Assembly (NCBI GenBank): GCA_051362555.1
Contig: CM120648.1
Span: 19,898,587 to 19,962,586 of the forward strand
Direction of reading: 5' to 3'
DNA from: Lingula anatina
Lineage: Eukaryota > Animalia > Brachiopoda
DNA length: 64,000 bases
The notes under the pieces are model-generated. The model saw only the letters and a list, made by a program, of their open reading frames with translations. It was not told the origin of the DNA and did no database searches. This document shows positions 23,311 to 34,366 of the stretch, one piece after another. The translations under genes were made by a program, and so were the position numbers. Each line of letters opens with the position of its first letter. Positions within the stretch are counted from its first letter, which is position 1.

Positions 23311-23849
23311 TAACTGATTGTTGAGTTGCGATAACTGATTGTTGAGTTGCGGTAACTGACTTTTGAATCGTTTATTGATTGTTAGATTTTGACGAATGAT
23401 TAAAATGACCAAAACTAATTTAGTAGAATTAAGTTTAGATAGTTAAAGTAGGTTTTGGTTGTTAAATAGTGCTGATAGATTGTTGAATTGACCTTTGCAT
23501 TTTTTGCGTGAATGGCGTTCCATAAAAGACTCGAGATCAAAAGTAAGCAAAAACAACGAACCTGGAACGTGTTAAGGTACAAACAACGCTGCCAGTCCTG
23601 CTGAAGATCTCATCCTTTTATCAAATGTCTCAAATCTCCAACCCAGTTGCAGACCCCACCTACAAAATTGTTTCCCAACTTCAATAAATTATTCCCAACT
23701 AAAGCTGGAACTTCAAGGTTATGATCTTCATAAGGTTATTTTTCTCATCAATGTTATTTCTATGTGTTTCCACCTAAATCGCACCACAACTCCCAGCATT
23801 CACACACCTCACATTCATTTATCAGTACTTACTCCTCCTGAAGTGATTT

Positions 23850-24150
23850 GGGACTACATTGAATCAGGTTATCCTTTGGGCGGATTGCTGGCACAATTTA
23901 GTCTCCTTCTTACAGATTTCAGATGTTACATGTTGTCCCTAAATTTGATCTTCACAAAACTCGTGTAATTTACGATCTTTTTTTTTTATCCCAACCTGGT
24001 CTCGGTTGATTCTAACATTCCAAGAGAGTTCTCTGTGGCACAGTACGACTTCATTGATGCTGTTATCGCACATGTCCAACATTTTGTTCGTGGTGCTCTT
24101 TTAGGTATATCTTATATTCAAGATGTTTTCCACATTTTACCGATTATCAA
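23850..24150 (+). pseudogene. Degenerate DIRS/Ngaro-type reverse transcriptase fragment
   Basis: Broken translation VVPKFDLHKTRVIYDL...SVDSNIPREFSVAQYDFIDAVIAHVQHFVRGALLGISYIQDVFHILPI parallels the DIRS/Ngaro RT N-terminal pattern. Confidence 0.6.
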
Positions 24151-25771
24151 CTGCGTCCATCCCTTAAAGGCCCAGTGGGTCACCTGTGACCTACACGTTT
24201 GACACGTCCCCACCCACACCACACAAAATGAATCCACTTCATTTTGCCATTTCCTATTCCTTATGTACTAGTTTATCCTTGTTGACCAATAAGAAACTAG
24301 ATCATTATCCTTCACTTACTCAAATATGTCTGCCTCCATAAGAAGGAGTAAATGCTATTGTCTAGTGGGTTTTTATGTGTCTGTATTGTCATCTCAAGGT
24401 AAATAATAATTTCAATATTCTGGCTTTTCATTATAAATACAATAGTCTTAAACCACACAGAAATGTTTTATACAGTTGTTAGCTATGCTTCCGGGTTTAA
24501 ATTTATTTTTTATGTTGTTATTGTAATAAAAAGAGGTTTGTGATATCTTGAAACTTAGTCATTTGTTTACCTCTAAAGCCCAGTGGGTCACCGGTGGAAC
24601 ATAACCAAAAACTAGGTCAATGTTGCCCAAAACATTTTTTTCAACATTTATTGAAAAATATGCTTATTACAACCCTATTACCTAGGTATTAAACTTTTCA
24701 TGCAAGAAAAACATGTCTTGGGCCTTTAAGGGTTTTTCCTGGAATGATCTGTTTTATTATGAGAAATGTTTGCCAATAGGTGCAAGTTGTTCGTGCCAGA
24801 TTTTTTAATCTATGAGTAAAGCTATGCAATGGATAATGTTGGAGAGATTTCATGATTCGGCCATGTCCCGTATAATAGATGATATCTGTTTCATTGGACC
24901 TCAAAATTCCAAGAAGTGTCAGGTTGATTTTTTCTTGTGTTATGACATGGATAAACGTTTCCATTAACGCAGTAAAAACCTTTACTCTGACCACTTTTCT
25001 TTATTTTATCTCATTGAAATAGATATAATACAAATGAAACCTTGGATAGGCTTTTAGGGTTTAATCTGAAATAAAATTTCATGCATCGGTCAAATGTGTC
25101 TAATTTGGTTCAGTTTTGTTGTGGGATATGGTTGATTGGGCGAGTAATGACCCACCCACTTATTGTCCATGTGGTTCAAGTATGGTGATTTTGATGATCA
25201 AGGTAACTGCTTACTCCCTTGTTTCATTAAGTTATCTGCTATTCGAGGTTCTCTGTTCGAACCAGTAATCTCATTGTGCAACCTTAAATTACTCCTTATG
25301 TGCCCCCTAGTCATGCGATTCCCAGATTATAACTTACTTTGATGTGTTTAGGATCTTATTATTTTTTTACTATTATCTTGGTTGCACCCATTAAATTATA
25401 TTATTATTATTTATATTATGACATTTATATAGCATGGGGTGTATGATAATCCCCCATTTTTGTAAGTTTATATCTCATTATTCTTCGTCATTAATAAATG
25501 ACAATTTTCAGTCATGTGGACTTTATGCTATGTACCTTTGAGCAAAAAGCTGAGCTTTGTTGTGTTGGTGTGATTATTTGGCTACATGAATAGAATATTT
25601 CATCCACAGAGGTGTCTCTTGGCTGTAAGATATATGAAATAATATTCAAATAAATCTGAACTGAAAAAAATTAATTAATTCTATAAAACGCAATATTTTG
25701 AAGAAACATGTTGTTGTAAAGAACAATTTTCTTGCTGCTGTCATATCACCTGGTAATTGTTTGTGTTCTAG

Positions 25772-25893
25772 GTGAAGAAGAGCGAGTCCAAGACCAAAAC
25801 AAAAGACGGCTGTCGACGGTTTCATGCACAGAGAGCCCGCAAACGAAGTACACACACTGGACAATAGAAGTGTCACCCCCTAAATCAGAATAA
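25772..25893 (+). CDS. Roc-COR-caspase gene, candidate terminal exon (GEEERVQDQNKRRLSTVS...PPKSE*)
   Basis: ttgtttgtgttctag acceptor, phase 1 matches donor at 19736; 40 open codons to TAA TAA with AATAAA at 25892-97. No domain homology supports it. Confidence 0.55.
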
Positions 25894-27420
25894 TAAAAGT
25901 AGGCAGATCTTCGGTAGTTATAATGTCTGGTCTACTTATAATGTGACTAATGAGTATAAAACCGCTATACCATGGAATTGTATTGTTGGTCTTGTACATG
26001 TACAGCAAATATTATTCCTGTCTTCCTCCAATATGGCAAGATACAGGCAATTACATAACGGTTATATGCGTCAAGTTTTTAACCTGAAGAGACGGAATAT
26101 AGGCAATGTCAGAATATCAACACAATTGAATTGTTCAGTCAGAACCGTGCAGACCCAGATAGCAAGCATACGTTGGGCCAACGTTGGCCCAACGTTGCCT
26201 TGGTTGACCGTGCAACGTTGGCCCAACGTTGGGTTTCCATCTAAGTGCTCACTTTGGCCAACGGTTGGCTGAACGTCTTTTTAATGCCAACGCATTGCCA
26301 ACGTATTCCCAACCAAACTGCGTTGGCCCTACATTGGGCCAACTAATAACCAACATTGGTTCAACAATTACCCAACCTGTAACCAACAGTGTATTGACGT
26401 TGGTTCTACTAATAACCAACGTCAGTCCAACGATTTCCCAACCAAACTGCGTTGGCCCTACATTGGGCCAACTAATAACCAACATTGGTCCAACAATTTC
26501 CCAACCTGTAACCAACAGTGCATTTACGTTGGTTCTACTAAAAACCAACATCAGTCCAACAATAACCCAACAAATAATACAAAAAGACAACAAAGAAAAT
26601 TTTTATAAAATGTTATAATATTGTATTTAAACATTAATAAGTGTGTCTTATATCAATTGTTATTTTACATGATTCACATCAAGAAAAAATATCAACAGTC
26701 CTATGACTTTTCACTTATTCCTGGAGTCAAGGCATTTTTCTACTAGTAAAGTCTTTTTTTGCCTCATTTCAATTTTTAAAAATATTTTCATTAAATTGAA
26801 TTTTAAACCAGAAACCCTTGTTAATGTCAGGTAAGATGCTTTTCATAAGTTACATGTCAAGTCTATAAAATCACAGTCTCTTCCTTCAGGCAAAATCTCA
26901 GACATTGTCTCTTTAAAAATCAAGTCAGTGGTCATATGAGTTCAATCTTTGTTTTTTCTCTCTTTCCTGTTCTGCACCTGTGTGATCTTTGGCAAAGCAC
27001 AATTAGTTGGATGTATCCTCAATATATTTGTCTAACCAGTCACAGAAGAGTGTGCTGCACCTACAAATTTAAATATTAAAAACACTTGAAATATAATGCT
27101 AGAATTGGTATGGTACATAACATGACTGTACCTCTTCCCCCATCACTGTTTTCATATACAAACTAGTGCTAGTAGGTGTGTATTATATGATAATGTCCCT
27201 ACCTTTTCTAAGTTAGGCAACAGCCAATATCTTAACTATAAATGTGTGTGTCTTGTGTGCAGTAATTTATAGTGATTTATTTAAATTAGTTCTTACGTGT
27301 ACACTTGGCAATGAATTCAGTTTTTAGACAACTGTTATGTACCACTAAATTCCACATCATTTAATCATTCCAACAACTCTATCACATAATTTACTGGCCA
27401 GGATTCATACAGACACATAA

Positions 27421-28196
27421 AACAGGTTCTGATTTCAGCTGGCAATCATTTAGTCATTTGGCCAACTAAACATAAACTCCTTGAGAGTGTGCATCTGGGT
27501 ACTCTATCAGATTTAATTGCATAATGCAATGAAACCTAATCTCCAACTATTTAATTCAGGTTAGTACAGAGATGATTGACACTGACTTCTGCCAAGTTTT
27601 CCTCTCAGCTAACTTTATCCATAGATAAAGTTAGCTGAGAGGCCCAAAGCAGGAAACTGTGTCAGAAACTCAAACCAGGTAACTCTATCTACAGATAGAG
27701 TTACCTCAGACGCATTTTTAAAGGAATTAAAGCCATTACACTTTGACTATCCATGGGTTGGTTCCAGTGTTCAAACTCAAAAAATAAACATTATCTCTGA
27801 AATATCTTGAAGTATCATAGTCTTTATTTTGAAGGGCCCAAAATAAAGATTTAACCTCTGTATAATTATATATGGTACTTGGTATTTTCAACTAATGAAT
27901 GGCACAGTAATGCCAATTGTAAATGAAAAATATTAATTACTTAATTCTTTCAACTTGTAAAAAAATATTAATTATGAAATTTTCATTTAAAAAGATCTTC
28001 TACATTTACTGGGGGGGGGGGGCAGCTTTTCAATTACAAGGGTACTACAGTGTACTGTTGTATTTATGCTAGAATTAAAAATCAAGTAACCTAAGTCTTA
28101 GGTCAAATATGGCAGAATACACACTTGAGATGAAACTGCTACTCAAGTAAGTGGTTGTTTATTACATAGATAAAATTACTGTAGTGTGATTTCCTT
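27421..28196. repeat. Long inverted duplication, arm 1 (partner 33589-34366)
   Basis: About 775 bp reverse-complement match; visible differences are homopolymer lengths. Confidence 0.92.
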
Positions 28197-28362
28197 TCAG
28201 TTTGATTTATTTCAAACAGGCTTAGTAAACAATATATCTAATCTTTCTAAAGCAAGGGGGTTGAAGGGGAGGGCTGGGGATGGGGATGGGGACTGCATCA
28301 CTCCCTCATATATTAACACCTTACTACTGGGTATTGTAGCATTGCATATATTTGTGCCTGGT

Positions 28363-28517
28363 GAGTATGTAGGTCAGGAATTTGTCTGAGGTATTTCACT
28401 GGGATTTGCATTATGCAAGATATCAATTACATATGGCTGAGAAGATAACAGACTTGTTGTATGTTAGGTCTTAACACAGCTTTAATAGGACAAGTGATAG
28501 TGATTAATTTACATAAG
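28363..28517. repeat. Shorter, more diverged inverted duplication (partner about 33229-33381)
   Basis: agtatgtaggtcaggaatttgtc...gtgattaatttacataa is reverse complement of 33229-33381 with several substitutions. Confidence 0.85.
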
Positions 28518-28639
28518 CTTCTTATTATTTATAGCATCTCATTTTCAAATGACATTCACTCTAATACCTTATAATAATTAAGACATGTTTCCTATACATA
28601 CTTTTATTATGTATGTTTTCATTCTAAAGAATTATATTG

Positions 28640-29500
28640 TGCTAAACATCAATAAAAGTGCACTTGATCATTCAAAAGTGCACTTGATGATCTGAAAGGT
28701 AAAGCCATGAAGGCGGTTTTGCAGTTAAGCAGGCGGGCCCAAGCAGGCTTCACAGTCCACCACCAACAATATGACCCAGACACATTTAAAACTCTCCGAT
28801 GCCCTTTTATAAAACCCATACTGATGTACAGATGCGAAATCTGGGGACCATCAATCAAATATAACAGCCAAAAAAACCTTAAATACATGAATATTTTGCC
28901 ATTCGAAGTAGTACGAAATAACTATTGCAAATACATTTTAGCATAAGACGCAATGCCAGTAATATAGCAGCTAAAGCAGAACTAGGCAGATTCCCAATTA
29001 CGCATGACATAAGTGGTCATGCTACATCCTATTGGCAAAGATTTTCTGAAATGCCAAAGCAGCGCATGGCAAAAACAATGTATGCATACGAAACAAAACA
29101 TGACACACAGGTAAAAAATTGGTCAAGCAAAATTCAATACATTACTCAAAATCTAATCAAAACATCAACTAATACTCCCTCGAAAGCAGAAGTAAAACAT
29201 GCACTGGAAAGTCACTATACCTTTTTGTTTCTCAAAGAAACAGAGTGAGCATATAGCATACTACGTACATATTGATTATTTAAAACAAATTATGAAAGGA
29301 AAGCATACACAACAGCTAGCACCTATACCAAAACATGAAATGCAAAATTTGGTAAAATTTAGGACAGGGGCACACAAATTAGCAATCCAAAGAGGCAAAT
29401 ACCGAAAACTAAAATCAATATCCCCTGAACAAAGTATCTGCAAAATATGCTCAGCTGAAGTCGAAAATAAAATACACTTCTATTAAAATGCCCCTCACAC
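28640..29500 (+). pseudogene. Non-LTR retrotransposon ORF2 C-terminal remnant (RTE-X/L2-like)
   Basis: Frameshifted FIKPILMYRCEIWG, AELGRFPI, KFRTGAHKLAIQRGKY, ICKICSAEVENKIHF..KCP. Confidence 0.8.
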
Positions 29501-29848
29501 CAAACACAGGGAGATCCTAAAACCAGATCCTACACAAATAATCAGTAAATGCGTAATTAGATAGTTAAAACAGTTTAAGTGCAGCTATGTTTTCTTTCAA
29601 AACAGCGGAACTTGGGACTAAAATTCATAAGGAATACCGGGCCCTCTAACTATTGTAATATAGAATCCTCAGAACAGCAGTCGATTTTTTAACTTGACTC
29701 CTACAATTTTCATATTTTCGGATCCTCTGAACAACAAACCCATAGAATATAAGGCATACCCGCAAAATTAAGAGCCCTGTGCCTGGTTGTTCAATGCATC
29801 AAATTGAGATTAATTTTAGACCATTTATGATGCAAAATGAACTAGCAA

Positions 29849-29887
<39 letters not shown>

Positions 29888-30953
29888 GATCTTTTCACAG
29901 GGGAAAATTAGTATCACTTGGTAAGAAAAATGTGAGACACTTTTGTAAGTTAACTGATTTTGTGGCAGTAATTTAGCTAGATGGCTGTGATAGCTTTGCC
30001 TCAGACTTGATGCCAGTTGAAATTGTCTTGGGCACCTCCAGCTAGGACCCAGGCTAAGAATATTTTGTATTCTGGCCTCCAATAAGCAACCCATGGGGAA
30101 TCATCTGATGTCAGTTGACCTTAACCAATTAATCAGCATATAATCCTAATATAAGCATCCTCAGCAATGCCAGAGGCCTCTGAGCTCACTGATTACTCCT
30201 CCTGAGGAAAACTTGATTCATCTTAAATTACCTATGGTACATGCAGGGTGTCCCAGTACAAATATAACCCAAGAATGTGAACATAATTTATTTTCTGATA
30301 ACATACGATATGCAGCCCATACACTGTATACTAAAGATTAAGGTTCCAGGATGCAACCCCCTTACCAGAGCTAAAGGCAGCAAACACTTAAGAAATCTCG
30401 GAGCTTTACCAAAAGAAGAGTGCATACTAATGTAATCATGTATCCATAGACTGTTCCCTTGTGACCTTGTACCAGGCCACAAGGGGAATGAACCAATGAT
30501 AAAATGGAATCACTGTTCCCATAGACTGTACCTGTGGAGTATGTGGCCTTGGGTAGGGAACTAGTGGCCTGTGTCTAGGGAACAGAGGGAATGGACATGT
30601 TCATTCTTTGGTGGACTCCACAACGGAAAGCAAGCAAACGTTGCACTGATTTTTCTTCAAATTTTGTTCTCATACAATGTTCATACAAATTAATAATAAT
30701 AAAATATGATAAAAAATATGAAAAATACAAAAAAGCTCGATCCATCACATTCACACAGATTGACAGCATACCTGAAACGTTAGAAGCGGTAATTCATAAT
30801 TTGGGTGAAAATATTTACCAAAATGAACGACATTAAGAGATAATTCTGCACCATGTTCTGTATAAAACACAAAAGTACATTTGGAAATTAACAGAACCTG
30901 ATAGTACTTGCAAAGGTAACAAATAAAGATTTTAGTACTGTTGTTCAGTACAC

Positions 30954-32311
30954 GGCTGCGCTTCGCTATGCCGAAGGTTCGCTGTGCCGAGGGTTCGCTA
31001 TGCCGAAGGTTCGCTGTGCCGAGGGTTCGCTATGCCGAAGGTTCGCTGAGCCGAAGGTTCGCTATGCCGAGGGTTCGCTATGCCGATTGTTTTTATTTTG
31101 TGCCGAAAGGTTCGCTGCGTCGACGGCTCGCTATGCCGAAGCCATCGTAGAGTTAGATAGCCCATACTTTGAAGAAAATATTTTGAAAAAAATACCTTTT
31201 TTTCCCGGGAAATTTTCACAAAATCTTGAGACAGATCTCACGATTTTGCACCCGTCGGAGGCGCTCTCCGGACGCCTGCGGGTTGTCGCAGATTTTTTAG
31301 ACATCGCCACACCCGTCGCGGTCCCCAACTTTGAACTTAAAATTTTAAGATTGCTCGCAAGATTTTTCACCCATTTTGGGCATCCCAGACACAATCTCCG
31401 ATGACCTACGATGCCCTCCGATTAATCGGAGGCGTCCTCCGAATATATACCCATATATAACCACATATACCCAGGGGAAAAAAAATTACGAGAAAAGACG
31501 CTCGCAGAAATCGTCTCCGATCGCCTCCGATGCAATCGGAGGCTAATCCCACGATTTTTCGACAAAACCGGGTCAAAATCCTTGAAAAAATCTCTGTGAC
31601 AATGTGACTGCTCCACTTTTATTAGGATTATTGCTAGGATTGTTCAAGGATTCTTTATTTTCTACGACGACCCCCGGCCAAAACTAATCAAATATAAAAC
31701 TATATGTCATTAAATAAATAATAAATAGTAATTAAATAGATAATAACAAAAATACGAAGCTAAAATAACTGCATGTGACAATAACGACTACTAAAAGTAT
31801 AATGATAATAAATAAAAAGATGTTAATTTTACACACACCCAATAACTACAAGTTCGCCAAAAATAATTAGAGAATGTTTTCTTTCAGTAATTTCCTAAAG
31901 TGGGTGACGCCCATAGTGCCAAAAATAATTAATAAATTAACTTACAGAACTGATTATTTAAAGCGATTTAAGATGTTTATGTCCATTAGGATTAACTTTC
32001 AATGCGCAGTTTTAACAAATTCAAATGGTACGGATGGAAGAAGAGAACTTTTTAAACTCGTTTATTTTAAAAAAAGGCCACTGCTCGTCACGTTATATAA
32101 CAAGCACAATGGGTGATGGGTAGCCGACTTTTTCGGCGCAGCGAACCCTCGGCACAGCGAACCAGATCCTTTCGGCACAGCGAACCTTCGGCATAGCGAA
32201 CCTTTGATTTTGGGGCTCCGGAAAACTTAGCCGATTTTAGACCAATTTTCCGGTTTTGTCGGCACAGCGAACCCTCGGCACAGCGAACCCTCGGCACAGC
32301 GCGCTGTCCCC
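30954..32311. mobile_element. Non-autonomous DNA element with 17-bp repeat TIRs (MULE-like), 8-bp TSD
   Basis: ggttcgctatgccgaa-type units inverted at the two ends; cagtacac at 30946-53 and 32312-19. Confidence 0.75.
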
Positions 32312-33588
32312 CAGTACACAAGCCGTGGGGAATATAGGTACAGTAATTAGGAGGAGATATAATGTAAACTGTCTTGGATTAATGGGTAGCACACATTATC
32401 AAGAAATTTAATCATCTAGATTGTAAAGGTAGAAACTATGATATGATTACTAACTGCAACAAAGATTCCTGCTCCTGCAACTTTATCTTACAGTTTATTA
32501 TAGAAGTTTTTTTTTTACTTTATTAAATGTGCTTACTGGAATTCCCATTGCTAAAGGTGATATATCTGAACTTTGATTTTTCCCTTGTTTTTGTGTTCTG
32601 TTCACAAGTTTATTTTCCCAAAATTAAAAAATCTATTGTTCCCCTCCCAAGTGACATCAGCGACACACTGGTTATTCTAAAGCTGTCAGTTGCACAGTGG
32701 GTCCCCGGGTGACAGAGCTTTCACCCCTCCTGTTATATTTCCATGGTTAAGCCACCTAACCCCTAAATCATTGTAAAATGGTGGTACATATTTGAGAAAA
32801 TCACACTGCAGTAATCTGCTTAATAAACAACCTACTTTTGTGCTGCAATTTTCTTTCATTCGTATCTCCATTTTTGCCATGTTATTATTCTATTTGTAGT
32901 TATTTTTGAAGGCTCCTTATTAGTATCTCATTATGTTAAAAGAAATTAGCCTACAATATTAATTATTTAGATTTAGATATGCCTAGTCTATTTTAAGAAT
33001 CATATTTTATAATAATAATATCACAGGTTTCATTATTGTTGAAACCCATTACTGATAAGCACACCACACTGTAGTAAAAAAGTATGAAATACACAAAAAT
33101 GTTTGTATCCCAGTATTATATAAAACACTCAAACAAACCTAATAAAAGTATAAAAAACATGTTTTAATTATTATATGGTATAAGAGTGAATGGCAATTGA
33201 AAATGAGATGCTACAAGTAATAAAAAGTTTATGTAAATTAATCACTATCACTTGTCCTATTAAAGCTGTGTTAACACCTAACATACAACAAGTCTGTTAT
33301 TTTGTCAGCCATATGTAATTGATATCTTGTGTAATGCAAATGCCAGTGAAATTCCTCGGACAAATTCCTGACCTACATACTTTAATCCTTGATCTTCAGC
33401 ACACTCTCAGCAAAGAGGAATAGTATAATGTTCTTGTTGCATTGAGTCGATTTATTTTGGAAAAGTAAGGCTTTAGACATGATCAGCCATTTTGAGCTGC
33501 AAATTTTATAGGCAGTTTAATTTGGGCCAGATTCAAAACCAAGTTGAGTTACCTAATTAAGTCACTGGTCAGAAATGTCAGAACACAC

Positions 33589-34366
33589 AAGGAAATCACA
33601 CTACAGTAATTTTATCTATGTAATAAACAACCACTTACTTGAGTAGCAGTTTCATCTCAAGTGTGTATTCTGCCATATTTGACCTAAGACTTAGGTTACT
33701 TGATTTTTAATTCTAGCATAAATACAACAGTACACTGTAGTACCCTTGTAATTGAAAAGCTGCCCCCCCCCCCCCCAGTAAATGTAGAAGATCTTTTTAA
33801 ATGAAAATTTCATAATTAATATTTTTTTACAAGTTGAAAGAATTAAGTAATTAATATTTTTCATTTACAATTGGCATTACTGTGCCATTCATTAGTTGAA
33901 AATACCAAGTACCATATATAATTATACAGAGGTTAAATCTTTATTTTGGGCCCTTCAAAATAAAGACTATGATACTTCAAGATATTTCAGAGATAATGTT
34001 TATTTTTTGAGTTTGAACACTGGAACCAACCCATGGATAGTCAAAGTGTAATGGCTTTAATTCCTTTAAAAATGCGTCTGAGGTAACTCTATCTGTAGAT
34101 AGAGTTACCTGGTTTGAGTTTCTGACACAGTTTCCTGCTTTGGGCCTCTCAGCTAACTTTATCTATGGATAAAGTTAGCTGAGAGGAAAACTTGGCAGAA
34201 GTCAGTGTCAATCATCTCTGTACTAACCTGAATTAAATAGTTGGAGATTAGGTTTCATTGCATTATGCAATTAAATCTGATAGAGTACCCAGATGCACAC
34301 TCTCAAGGAGTTTATGTTTAGTTGGCCAAATGACTAAATGATTGCCAGCTGAAATCAGAACCTGTT
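33589..34366. repeat. Long inverted duplication, arm 2
   Basis: Reverse complement of 27421-28196. Confidence 0.92.

Larger units (their letters stand above)
19792..23523. mobile_element. Foldback-like element with long modular inverted arms
   Basis: Arms about 19792-20400 and 22975-23523 (gaacgccattcacgcaaaaaatgca...; gcaactcaacaatcagt repeats); flanks taaagact/aaaagact. Confidence 0.75.
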
